64,000 nt of DNA. Origin: Naegleria gruberi (Eukaryota). Below are positions 41,224 through 52,254 of the stretch, piece by piece; position 1 is the first letter of the stretch; every line of letters starts with the position of its first letter. The stretch lies in assembly GCA_000004985.1 (NCBI GenBank), contig GG738914.1; one strand, written 5' to 3'. The notes beneath the pieces are model-generated. The model searched no databases. It was given only the letters and a program-made list of their open reading frames with translations, and was not told where the DNA came from. A program made the translations under genes and the position numbers.

Positions 41224-42271
41224 TCAACAAGACAACATTTCTGCATCACCTTCTCTCACTAGCAATAACAATCATCAGAGACCAATCAGCACACCCGATG
41301 ATCGTCCAACAACTGTTAACATTCCATCACAAATTAGTCAAAATTCTAACCGACCAGTGGTTGCCCCAATTTCTTCCCAACAGCACAAGGATACAAAGTA
41401 TATTATGGTGGCTGATATTGCCTCTGCAAAGATTTTTGCAAATATTATGCACTGTATTTGTTCCGATAAGAAGAAGGAAGATGCTTGGGTGATTTGCGAA
41501 ATTATGGAGGAAGGAATTAAATTCTACATTCAAGACAAATCAATTCAAGGAGTTGCTAGTATGAAGAGGGATATTTTCCAAAATTATATTTATAATGGTG
41601 CAGCACATGCAAAATATTCATTCGAAATTAATGTACAAATCTTGATTCAATGTTTGATTTTATACGGAGCTAATTCATCACAAGGAACAATTGTGAAACT
41701 TTGTTATCCTGGTGTTGAAAATACATTATCATTACTTTTGGGAGAAGAACGTGTAGTAACAGATTGTAATATTAAGATTAGGCATGGAGCAGAACCTTTA
41801 GATTTTGAATTCAAAGGTTCTGAAGAAACATGTAAAATTGTTTTAAAGAGTGAAGTTATGACTGATGCTCTTTCAGAAATTGATTGGCTTGCAAAGACTA
41901 TGGAAATAGGTGTTGAAATGGATGTCCAAGAGCAAGGTGAGGACCAAGTTGCCATAACTTTACCAAAAGGAAAATTATTTTTCAAAACAGTTGATAATGT
42001 GATTGGATCTATGGATATTATTATTCCAAGTACAAATGAGGGTGTATGTTCCTTTGAGGTAAATCACACCCAAATGAGCGTATTTAAATTATCTCATATT
42101 CAACAAGCTTTAAAGGCTTTACCACATTCTGATAGAGTTTGTATTAGAATGAATGAACAAGGTTTACTACAATGGCAATTCATGGTTCGTGCAACTGAAC
42201 CAATAACCTATGTAGATTACACAATGCTACCAATTGATGCAGAATTAGAAGATACAGATTCCACCTTCTAA
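41216..42271 (+). CDS. RAD1: RAD1 (Rad1/Rec1/Rad17 family) checkpoint clamp subunit of the 9-1-1 complex
   Basis: YIMVADIASAKIFANIMHCI aligns to human YSLVASLDNVRNLSTILKAIHF. NVQILIQCLILYGANSSQGTIVKLCYPGVENTLSLLLGEERVVTDCNIKIRHGAEPLDFEF aligns to human NLTVLLDCLSIFGSS..GTLTALRMCYQGYGYPLMLFLEEGGVVTVCKINTQEPEETLDFDF. C-terminal RMNEQGLLQWQFMVRATEPITYVDYTMLPIDAE aligns to RTDNRGFLSLQYMIRNEDGQICFVEYYCCPDEE. The first in-frame ATG is at 41216; the track ORF extends 5' through LINE antisense sequence. Confidence 0.7.
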   Translation: MINQQDNISASPSLTSNNNHQRPISTPDDRPTTVNIPSQISQNSNRPVVAPISSQQHKDTKYIMVADIASAKIFANIMHCICSDKKKEDAWVICEIMEEGIKFYIQDKSIQGVASMKRDIFQNYIYNGAAHAKYSFEINVQILIQCLILYGANSSQGTIVKLCYPGVENTLSLLLGEERVVTDCNIKIRHGAEPLDFEFKGSEETCKIVLKSEVMTDALSEIDWLAKTMEIGVEMDVQEQGEDQVAITLPKGKLFFKTVDNVIGSMDIIIPSTNEGVCSFEVNHTQMSVFKLSHIQQALKALPHSDRVCIRMNEQGLLQWQFMVRATEPITYVDYTMLPIDAELEDTDSTF

Positions 42272-42834
42272 AATTGGAAATTAATGAATTATATCATTTA
42301 GATCATGTACGAATTAGTATGAAAATATCTTTTTTCAGCAACCATCTTTTTATTTTCATTGATAATGTCTAAATGAAAGGTGAAAGTAGAATTGAAATTG
42401 AATTGTGCAAACAATAGCAGTAGAAGCATTAATAGAATAGTATCATCAAACACACTACAGCAAACAATAAATAGTATGATAAATAAATAAACATCTAAAA
42501 AGTATTGGTTAATATTTCCACACAATGGTTGGTAATTCTTTTGTTGATAAAATGAATTGGAGAATAGGAAAGAAATTATTGGATGAAAAGAGTAGTAGTT
42601 GGGAATTTTGGTAGTGGTGGTATTAAAATTACTTCCAAACTTGTTGGAATTTTGGATGAAATATCGATTATTGGAGGATGAAAATAGGGAAGTGAACGGA
42701 AAGGTGGAGGAATTATGGTGTTGATTTGCAGAGTCGTGTATTCTCTCCTCTAATTGTTGTTGTTGATGATAATGATGACAATTATTGTCATCCATAAAAT
42801 TATTAGAGAGTGTAAACTTTCGCCTTTGCGTGAT

Positions 42835-43341
42835 TCAACAGATAATGCAAGACTTCTTTTGCTTGTAGAATTTGTCAATAAAATCAAGTTGGTTCTTGTT
42901 GATGGCTCCTCTTCTCTTCTTTCGGAGGAATTGAACTGCTTCTAATCCTGTCATGTTGCATCGTTTAATAAGTGCCAAAGCTACAAGAATAGGAGCTCTA
43001 CCAAGACCAGCAACACAGTGAACAGCAATACAAGGAAGATCATCGGAATCTCCTTCTTTTGGTGGGAATACTTTATCAACAAGATCCAACCAATCTTGGA
43101 TAACGTGCTTTGGTGGAGAAGAACCATCATCAAAAGCCCAATCAAAGAATTTAATACCTGCTCGTTCAACTACTTCCTTATCATAGGTTGCTTGGCAAAC
43201 TCTGACACAGTGAGTCACATTATTTTGTTTAAATTCCTTAACGTAAAGATGAATATTAGTATCGGATGGAGCATCAGAAATTAAAAACTTGATACCACCA
43301 TGTTCGATGAGAGATGGAGCGTTTGTGAGAGTTACTGCCAT
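42835..43341 (-). CDS. PRL / PTP4A-family protein tyrosine phosphatase with a C-terminal prenylation-type Cys motif
   Basis: Near-colinear with human PRL-1: FLISDAP..VRVCQATYDKEVVERAGIKFFDWAFDDGSSPP; CX5R active site VHCVAGLGRAP; ILVALALI; FLRKKRRGAINKNQL; polybasic region plus C-terminal SCIIC. ATG at 43341. Confidence 0.9.
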   Translation of the reverse strand: MAVTLTNAPSLIEHGGIKFLISDAPSDTNIHLYVKEFKQNNVTHCVRVCQATYDKEVVERAGIKFFDWAFDDGSSPPKHVIQDWLDLVDKVFPPKEGDSDDLPCIAVHCVAGLGRAPILVALALIKRCNMTGLEAVQFLRKKRRGAINKNQLDFIDKFYKQKKSCIIC

Positions 43342-44368
43342 TTGTATTGTTGTTGTTGTGTTCCAATTACTTGTTGAGAGTAGTCGTTGTTGTTTTTTTT
43401 AAAATGTACGGGAAAATTCAAATGTTTGCTATTTGTTGTTCCAAGTTGTTTTCTATTGTTATTGTTGTTGTTAGAAAACACTGACTGTATATTGGATGAT
43501 GATGAGGTAAATAGGGTTGGAGTGTGGGAAGAGAGGGGATTGATGGAAGGTTGTTTTTTCAAAATTGAATAAATACTTGTCGTTTTGGATGAAATATTAA
43601 TAGTTTTCTCACTGTTGTTAGCGTCGAGTTTCTATTCGTTGTGTTGTTGTCTATTATTAACACCAGATGATGGTTTCGGAAGGAGGTTTGTATTAATTGG
43701 ATTTTTAGAAGTTGGGAAAACTATCTTGGTTTGGGTGTCAATTAATCCAAAAGTTTGTGTATTGATGGTGGTAGTAAGGATTTGGTGTTAATTTTTTCTT
43801 CTTCGTTCGCTTTTGAGAATCTTTACTCAGGCGCCAAAAAATTCTGTCAAATTAATAAAAATCTAAAAAATCCAAAGTTTGAGTTTGAGGGTTGACAGTT
43901 TTAAGAGTTGAAAAAAAGAACATTACAATAAGGATTGAGGTTGTATTTTTAAACAATTACTTTAATTAATGTCTGTTAGAAATGATCGAATTTCAGCTGC
44001 TCATTCCAATTCCTTTGAATATTTGCTAATTAGTTTGAAACTCCAAGATATTTTGCTTCCATTTTCAATTCAATTTTTGTAACACCACTTGTTGATATCC
44101 ATTCACCTCCTTCCAACCCAACACTCTATTATACAATCACATCAGTCCCAAAAACCATTGAATCATTTCAAAACGTGAAAACTCTCATCACGATTCAACA
44201 TAAAAAGGTAACAAAAACTTTGTAAAATTAAAAATAGACCGGAATTTGAAGAACGGTTGATGAAACCTTCTAAAACAAAAAGCCACAACAACAACATCAT
44301 CGAGTGCTTGTGTTCTTCATCATCAGAGATTGCAATTTAATCAGTTGAGATTTATTCCGGATTTAAAA

Positions 44369-47044
44369 ATGGTGGAAAAGCAAAGTTTTGATTTACCTGT
44401 TTTTTGTGCCATCACTGGTAAATTGTTATCGAATAGTGCCAATCAATTGGAGAACAAATCATCAAACCAATACGGAACTTTTGTTTTGAAAAATCAGATC
44501 AAGAATTGTTATTACTTTTACGATCCGTCCATATCAATTGAATCAGTGAATGATCTTTTTAATAGATTTGAGAAAAAGACGTTAAATAATTTGCCAAACG
44601 ATGTAGATGATATGCAAGATACAAAGGGAAGAGTTTTTATTAAAGCTTCCCATTTGAAACATGCTGTTCAAGTTTTAGATGAAGTGTTCAATCAATGTAG
44701 TGAATTGTACAATAATATTAGCCATAGAAAGGATGCTATGCATACTTGTTTGAACAATTTATTGGATCAAAAGTTGGGAGATTTGTCAGACAGTTCAAAG
44801 AAGGAGTTGGAAGAAATTGGTGAAGAATTTAGAGAATTCCAAAAGAAATTCAGTTCAGCCGACGATATTATTCAATTGATGAGATCAACCAAAGACAATG
44901 CTCTCTTAAAAGTTACCAATGAAGATGAACAAAAGATAAAGGAAAAGTATGAAGTTGTAATTGAATGTTTGAAAATTGAAAAGTACATCTTGAAGGCAGT
45001 CAAATCATCTGAAGAAAAAGTACAAACAATTCAAAAGTCAGAAGAATCAGAAAAATTACTCCACCTCTATGAGAGTATTGTAGAAGTTTGGGAAAAGATT
45101 GAAACTTGGACACCACTTAAGGAACAAATCGTAGAAACCATTGGTAAGACATCATCAGTGAGTGGAGAGTTGCCATTATCAAATTTTGAAATTACTCTTG
45201 ACACTTTGATTGAAAAGGCCCACATCAAGTACAACCTTCTCCAAAATTCAATGAATGAGTTGATGGGATACTGTATTGATTGTAATATTCCACTTTCATC
45301 ACTCATGAAAGAACTCAATACTCTCAATCTTACCATTGAGACATGCTTACACTCTGTAAATACCTACAAGGAAGGAGTTAATTTGCTAAGAAGACTCAGA
45401 TTCCTTTCTACATTACCTAACCTCTATCAAATCTCAATGCATGAAGTTGTTAGAAGAAAGCAACAATTCAAAGCACAAAAGCTTGAAAATGACACTATGA
45501 ATACTGTTGAACAAATTATTTGGATTAACTGCCAACTCGAAAATGAGAAGAGAGAAGAATTTGAAGAACAAGTTCGTAGATTGGCTCCTGATCCAAAATA
45601 CATCAAGGAACTTAACAAGTTGGTACCTGGATTGATTGGTGAGAGAGTGAGTAGTAAGGTTCTCGTCTCGAGAGTTCAACAATTCATGACTAGTATGCTC
45701 AGATCCGTTGACTCAGGGTTGCCAGACATTACTAAATTGGAGGATATTGAATTCTTTGTTTCTTCTCCAAATACTGAAAAGAATAATGCTCTTGGTGATA
45801 CTGTCATTATTGATAATGATTTTACACAAAGTATGCTTGCATCAACCATGACTAGAAGTACCCTCATCACTCATGTAGTTAATAAGCTCCCAGAGGTAAA
45901 TAGACACATTGATGAACAACTCGAGCACATCAAACAATTGGAAACTCCTCCAAAGGAAGAAGTTGTAGTTGAAGAAACTCCAATTCAAAAGAAGCACCAA
46001 GAAATTTCTGAATTCTACTCTGGTCTTATGGCAGCTGCTGCCAACATTCCAACCTGTATCAAGACTAAGGGTAGAGAAGTAGAATTGGAAGCTGAAATTC
46101 TCAAACTCAGAAATGAGCTTGACTCTCATAGAAATTTATTCGAAAGTCTCAAATATCAACTCAAAGAGGAACAAAGAAGTTATCAAGAACAATTGAACAG
46201 CAAGACTATTGCCTACAACAAGATTGAAAAGGATTATGAGTTGTTAAAGAGTAAATATCAAGAAATGGATAAGCAAATGAGCACCCTCAGTATCAAATTA
46301 ATTGACCAAGACCAGAAAATGAGAGAAATTAGAGAAAAGGCAAACTCTGCCGAAACTTTGTCTCTTGAATTGGATCAAGCCAGAAAGGAACTTCAATCCA
46401 TGAAAGACTTACGTATCAAACAAGGCAATGATGAGGTAAGACACCTTGCTACTCTGAATGATCAGTTACAACAAGCTGTCAAGCAATTGCAAACCAAGCT
46501 CACCAGTACTGAGGAACAAGCAGCCCAATCTAAAAAGATGTTTAACAAGAAGATTGAAGAGCTACAGGCCAGTATTGACAATTCGAGTGAGACCTCAGTC
46601 ATTCAACTCAAGGTTATTGCAACTTTGAAGGACAGTTTGGAATCTGAAAAGAAGAAACTTAAGAAGGCTGAACAAGACAAGGCAACCCTAAAGACTGAAT
46701 TGGAGAAGCTCAAGGAACAAATAATGAAAGAACAAAGCTCCAAGACAAGCAGCAGTGGATCTTCTTCGAACAAGCAAGAAATATCTATTGGAGATTCGGC
46801 CCAATTCTCACCAGTCAAGATTGGTGGAAAGATCTATTGGCAAGCAGCCACTAGAACCAACAAGTACTTCCTCTCTCCAGAAACCATTGAAGCACTTCAA
46901 TCATACTATCAAGACAATTTCCAAAACCAACATACCCTTGTTGTGAATGTTATCGAGCTTAATGCAGTGAACTCTATGAATGAGCAAGAAAATCCATACC
47001 AATTCAATTTCCCTCACTCACTAGTTACTGGGTATATTTTGTAG
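44369..47044 (+). CDS. Large coiled-coil protein, possibly an Atg11/FIP200 (RB1CC1)-family autophagy scaffold
   Basis: About 890 aa, mostly heptad-rich coiled coil. The C-terminal ~90 aa (ISIGDSAQFSPVKIGGKIYWQAATRTNKYFLSPETIEALQ) resembles the Atg11/FIP200 C-terminal claw pattern (GD.vlF...W.AF.....YFL..E...L). ATG at 44369; the track start at 44330 is TTG. Confidence 0.35.
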   Translation: MVEKQSFDLPVFCAITGKLLSNSANQLENKSSNQYGTFVLKNQIKNCYYFYDPSISIESVNDLFNRFEKKTLNNLPNDVDDMQDTKGRVFIKASHLKHAVQVLDEVFNQCSELYNNISHRKDAMHTCLNNLLDQKLGDLSDSSKKELEEIGEEFREFQKKFSSADDIIQLMRSTKDNALLKVTNEDEQKIKEKYEVVIECLKIEKYILKAVKSSEEKVQTIQKSEESEKLLHLYESIVEVWEKIETWTPLKEQIVETIGKTSSVSGELPLSNFEITLDTLIEKAHIKYNLLQNSMNELMGYCIDCNIPLSSLMKELNTLNLTIETCLHSVNTYKEGVNLLRRLRFLSTLPNLYQISMHEVVRRKQQFKAQKLENDTMNTVEQIIWINCQLENEKREEFEEQVRRLAPDPKYIKELNKLVPGLIGERVSSKVLVSRVQQFMTSMLRSVDSGLPDITKLEDIEFFVSSPNTEKNNALGDTVIIDNDFTQSMLASTMTRSTLITHVVNKLPEVNRHIDEQLEHIKQLETPPKEEVVVEETPIQKKHQEISEFYSGLMAAAANIPTCIKTKGREVELEAEILKLRNELDSHRNLFESLKYQLKEEQRSYQEQLNSKTIAYNKIEKDYELLKSKYQEMDKQMSTLSIKLIDQDQKMREIREKANSAETLSLELDQARKELQSMKDLRIKQGNDEVRHLATLNDQLQQAVKQLQTKLTSTEEQAAQSKKMFNKKIEELQASIDNSSETSVIQLKVIATLKDSLESEKKKLKKAEQDKATLKTELEKLKEQIMKEQSSKTSSSGSSSNKQEISIGDSAQFSPVKIGGKIYWQAATRTNKYFLSPETIEALQSYYQDNFQNQHTLVVNVIELNAVNSMNEQENPYQFNFPHSLVTGYIL

Positions 47045-49263
47045 AGTGTATAAAACTAACAACTACGTATTAATAGTAAACTGAAATATCTACTCTTGTG
47101 GATTTGTTTAGCTAAACACAACCCCTTGTTGGGCTGCTACAGTAATGAGAGACAAATAAGATGCTCAACCCGAAAGCTGAATTATGGAATAATTGATTCA
47201 AGTCTAGTTTTTCCACATCAAGGAGCAAAATTTGTCCTTCACTTGGCCTTGGAAACTTCCACAGTTTTAAATGGCCAGCACCACAAGATGCACATCATCG
47301 TTAAAAACTAGGATTCAATTGTTGAATATTGATATTGTATCGCTTAATTACGGTGCGTTGAACAGTCCTTCTATAAACCAATTACCCTTAAAGGAAGGAA
47401 TTGGTCCCTTAAGGAATTGTCATTGAGAGAACATTTGGATATGCGTATTTATTGAGAGGTTTTAGTGAAATCAAACACATTATTAAGGTTCGTTATTGTT
47501 TTATTTATCCACCAAGTCGCACCACTCGCTATTTGGAGATTTTTCATAAGAAGCCATGTGCCCCTTACTTTTTTGAATCCCAAGCAGCAGCTGATTATTC
47601 CTCACTCGTTTAACGGGTTGTTTTCTTTATTTGCATGCATTTTGGAGAACCTTTCCCGCCTTAGCCCAGAGATGTTGTTCATGCTTAAGAAGCGAATAAG
47701 AGCCAAACAAAAACCTCAACAAGAAGAACGACAACAACAACATAATTTCAGCATCACCACAACCACATATTGCATCACAAGTAGAATTGCTTTTTGCCTT
47801 ATAAAAAAGAGCAACGACGACTACGACCCTATAACAACGATACGTCGTCTTCTTTTCTGAGCATAAAACAAGAGGAACAACGACGTAACACACACATACT
47901 AAGCATATTCAACACAAGCAGCATCATCATCAACATTCTCTCATCAATTCTCTAAAATTGTTGTTGAGGAGCACTACGAATATACGAATAATATAACATT
48001 TGGTTACAAACTGCAAAAAGCACGTGATAACCATCTTCAACAACAGACAATATCTTTGCATTACTTGTATTTCGTAACATACTTGCTACATCAATATAAG
48101 GCAAGAAACACAGGAATCCTATTTTTAAAATATACTTACTGAGACACTATCATTTAAACACACGATACAAGTGGCAATTTCATACTCTCTGCAAATTTAC
48201 TTTCCATATTGAAGAACACTTCCCAATAATACTGTAAAGGCAAGTTTTCGAAGGACCATCGCCGACTGAATCTCTTATTGAATACAAGCATAATTAGACT
48301 GACAACTGACACTGGCAACAAACACCATTGCATTTGCTCAATTATCCAGCCTGTCCTACCATAAAGAATAAGAGTTAAACGACAAATCACCGAACACAGC
48401 AAGAAATTGTGATATGCAGGTCCTCTTTAGACATTGTTGAGTAATTGAAAAAAAGGTGAGTACACTAACCATTTGTTTTATTCATGTCACGACAATGCAA
48501 CATTTGGCATTCATCTCCACCATGTTGGGAATTTTCATTTGTAATTTTACTTTCTGTTTCATGAACACAAATCTCTGGAATTTGAAAAAAAGAATCGGAA
48601 CACTAAGTTTCTCTAGTAACAATATTTACATTTAAAAGAAGAATTAATAGTTGAATAGCTAGTAGTAGTACATCACAACATTAATAGCAGCAGTAGTAGT
48701 AGTAGAAACAATTTATAAGGACTATGAAAGGGGGAAAAGCTAATGCCTCTTTCTCTTCATCGAACATCAACTCTACATGTTGTATTCTTAATTGCAACAA
48801 ACCTTCCTCTATAAGAAATTTTAGTTGTTTGCAAGGGTAAGTAATTTCTAGTGTGGTAGTGTTCACATGTTACATCATGTTCTTTATTCACTGTTTTGCT
48901 AAACCTTCTTGATGGTATGTGTTTTGAATGCAAACTATTTGCTGCCATGCCCACATATTCACTGTCTTTCATGTAATGGTTGAAACATGTTGTTGTGTTG
49001 AAAAAACATACGGAAAATGAATTTGGTAAACCCGGCAATTGATGCCTATTTTGAAAATGGGATGATTTGTTTGGTACTCCTACCGTATCTGTAAAACTAA
49101 TTAATTTGTTAAATTGCTACTTCAAATGTAAATGGGTAGTATTTGGAAATTAAAATTAGAGCATGCTCAAAGCACGAATATAGAAGGACTTAAAATTTGC
49201 ACAAGTATGTGTTTTTACTGTTTTCAAATTAAATAACAATCACAAGCTCACTACAATGAGGAT

Positions 49264-50274
49264 TTGAGACAACATCCAAGAGTTGGAGGACAAGGAAATA
49301 ACCATCACACAACAAGGAAGGATAAACAGAGAAAACGAAGATTACAAGAGGAGAAGAAGAGACTGCTGACTGAGGCAGTAAAAAAGAATGGAGGAGAAAC
49401 ACCTCAAGAGTTGGAGGAAGAATTAAACAAATTATCTGCACAAATTGATGAACAGTCTGATTCTGGAGAGGAAGTGGAAAATAATTCATCACCTTCCAGT
49501 AATAATATAACACCAAGAACAGTTCGGAAACGAAAAACATCATCACAAAAAAGAAAGTTTAAGGAAGATGAAGCTAGGGAGGATTATTCTAGTGATGATG
49601 ACGATGATTACAGTGGTGCTTCTTCCGCATCCAACAACTCTCCTAAAATGCCTAGATTCGAAACAGTAAATACTGTAGAGATTGTGGAAGAAACAGTTCA
49701 ACAACAGGTGATTGAACAACAACCAAACTCACCACCACATGTTTCTAACAGTAAGAGAAAACGAAATTTTGTCAGAAATAACGAGCAAGAAATGATGAAT
49801 TATGGAAATAGGTATTATGAGTTACTAAGTGGAGTCAAATTTGCCGAATTTGCACCTCATATTTCAATGGTGCACAATTTATCGAATAATCTATCTTTGA
49901 AATATGACTTGACATTATTTAGAGAGATGATCAAGTTATTCCCTCCTAACAAGTATTTTGTTCACATTGAGGATAATGCACAGAGATACGTACTGAAATT
50001 ACATTTACCAGAAAGTGCAGATTCCAACCCATCACTAGACCTCAAACCTATTTCGCTTCTTTTCTCTCTCTCTTCCCTAAGTGTAAATGAGGACCATATG
50101 AGTCACTCTCCCTTACCTCATCTGAATGACCAATCAACAGTCAAGGAAAGTTTTCAACCAACAATTTTGCATGACAATATTATGTGGAAAGAATTAAGAT
50201 GGGGTTTACAATCTTTAAAAATTAGAGACTGCGAATACCAATTAAGATGCTTTCAATTTATTCCAATATCATAA
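49264..50274 (+). CDS. Hypothetical nuclear-type protein (Lys/Arg-rich and acidic Ser-rich N-terminus, C-terminal globular part); terminal exon of a probably multi-exon gene
   Basis: The frame is open from 49237 with no in-frame ATG until about 49647. An intron-like GTATGT...CACAAG (49206..49246) lies immediately upstream, with further splice-motif-bounded mini-exons in 48.4-49.2 kb. Product unrecognised. Confidence 0.3.
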   Translation: MRQHPRVGGQGNNHHTTRKDKQRKRRLQEEKKRLLTEAVKKNGGETPQELEEELNKLSAQIDEQSDSGEEVENNSSPSSNNITPRTVRKRKTSSQKRKFKEDEAREDYSSDDDDDYSGASSASNNSPKMPRFETVNTVEIVEETVQQQVIEQQPNSPPHVSNSKRKRNFVRNNEQEMMNYGNRYYELLSGVKFAEFAPHISMVHNLSNNLSLKYDLTLFREMIKLFPPNKYFVHIEDNAQRYVLKLHLPESADSNPSLDLKPISLLFSLSSLSVNEDHMSHSPLPHLNDQSTVKESFQPTILHDNIMWKELRWGLQSLKIRDCEYQLRCFQFIPIS

Positions 50275-50277
50275 GAT

Positions 50278-51437
50278 TTATTCCAAATGTCTATTTACAG
50301 ATGCTCTATTATGTACATGGGAAGAATTGGAGGAGATCGATGCCTGAGATCCACCTGTGAGCAAGCTTCTTCTTTCCATTGAGTGCATGGCACCTTGCAT
50401 TGATGCATACAAGCTCGATAATGATGGATTCAGTGGACCCCAAACAATTATAAGGCAAACACAGAGGAAGGCCAAAACAGCGTCACCAGCTAGGGTGAAG
50501 AATGGCAATGACTCTTTCAAAACATTTTGAAAATCAAGTGTATGAATTGTTAATATAGTTGACATGAAAACAACCATGGCAGCTGAGATACCAACACAAG
50601 ATCCAAGGAACTATAAAAATTATTAAATAGAGTTTGTCAATGAAACTTACTGAACGAGTACATTTTCTTGCAATATAATCATCCAAAAGAATATATCTTC
50701 CATTGAAAATGTGGAATGCAATTCCATAAAGTCCAACACAAACTTGAATTAAAAATTGCCATGCATAGCATCCAATAAATACATAAAAGGTAACTTCAGT
50801 AAGAACTGCTGGTTCCAACTCTTTGAAAAATACATCAATAGTATGTTGAGCAATTGATAATCCAAATGACCCAGCTAATAATAGGGCATTAAATCCAACA
50901 ATTAGTGTGAAAATAATTTTGTAAACCAATAGTCCTGTATTAGAAACCACATAACCATTCACTGTATATTGCTTAATAGCATAATAGAGAGTAACCAATG
51001 ACACTGAGAATAATAAAATTGTTGTAAAATAGAGAGTGACATATTGAACAATTGTCAATACAAAGGTTGCAATCTTATTATCCAACAATTCAAAAATCGG
51101 ACACACCACATGAATTGATTTCACTATTTTTGATCATCAATATATTCCATCACATTTTCCACTTACCCAAACAAAATACCAACATGACAATAGAAATACT
51201 TGGTACAATACTATCCATAAGGAATCTCTTTGTCAAACTACTTCTCTTTGTTACAAATAAAATTACATAAAACAATGCACACAACAAAAATACAATTGCC
51301 AAACAACCATCAATAATATAAAACACCAATTCGGTTGTTCTTTCATCACTCTCCGCATCCCTCACATAGCCATCATTTTCCTGTTGTAATCTTACAAAAT
51401 TATAAAGCCATCCACTTAATTCCGAAAAATTCATCAT
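50278..51437 (-). CDS. Multi-pass (about 7-TM) membrane protein, 3 exons; family unassigned
   Basis: Exons (minus strand) 51437..51167, 51123..50651 and 50610..50278. Introns at plus 51124..51166 (GTAAGT..ATAG, 43 nt) and 50611..50650 (GTAAGT..TATAG, 40 nt) are phase-consistent and join the three track ORFs: ...MLVFCLG|VKSIHVV... and ...CTRS|FLGSCVGISAAMVVF.... About 359 aa with seven or more hydrophobic helices and a Ser-rich C-terminal tail. Confidence 0.4.
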
Positions 51438-51912
51438 TTGTGATGTCCTCCTCTATCCTAGTCTTCTACTATTACAAAACACAAAATACACAATATATAT
51501 GAAGAATAAATTTTCGTTCCGAAATCTTTGATGATTTTGTGTTCAGAAAAATGATGAAAAAATTCCTCGCCCACAAAAAGATATTTTTTTTTAGTGTTGT
51601 GCCTTGTTTCGCAATTTCGGAGAGTTTGAGGAGTTTGAAAAAAGAACCCCGAAATGGGTTTTTTAAAAGTGTTGTTACAATATTTACAATTCATTTGAAC
51701 GTGCTGAGAGAATTGGATTAAGTTTTTTAAGAAAATCAAACTAGTACCAGTATAATAATTTTGTAAACTGTGAACAGATATTGAACAAGTGGCAATTTAT
51801 TGGTCAATAATTATTATCACAGTGGGCGTTCTTTCAAATAATACCCAAAATCTATTTAAATATCTTTTCAAAAAACAAATCAAAACAAAATATCCAAAAA
51901 TCTACTAAGAAA

Positions 51913-52074
51913 ATGTGTAAATGGGGATGCTCCACTGCTAACATGATGTTTAAATGCAAGTTCTGTGGTACTGGATATTGCAGCAGCTGTTCAAAAGGTG
52001 ATTTTGGAAAGATGAAAGCTGCCAATGTTTGTGGATCTTGTGGTAAATCCAATCACAGAGGAGACAAGTTGTAA
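51913..52074 (+). CDS. Small (53-aa) Cys-rich zinc-ribbon-like protein with 4 CxxC pairs
   Basis: MCKWGCSTANMMFKCKFCGTGYCSSCSKGDFGKMKAANVCGSCGKSNHRGDKL; ATG...TAA in frame. Below the track's 60-aa cutoff. Sits in an intergenic gap with AT-rich flanks. Confidence 0.3.
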   Translation: MCKWGCSTANMMFKCKFCGTGYCSSCSKGDFGKMKAANVCGSCGKSNHRGDKL

Positions 52075-52254
52075 TATGGCCACATCAATTTCGATTCGTA
52101 TAATAAAAATTATCGTTTTTCATTTCATCTACTGATAATTCATTTCTCTTAAATGTTTCCTTTACAATTTCCTTTACATTTTCCAATTTCTTTCAAAGTT
52201 TAAAAATCAAAATGCAAAATGTAAAATAAATTCAAATAAATTTACAAAAAAAAA

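Noticed and set aside
42298-42795. 165-aa minus-strand ORF between RAD1 and the PRL phosphatase
   Set aside because: Lies in the convergent 3' UTR region of two well-supported genes; poly-Q/poly-L/low-complexity content with no start context.
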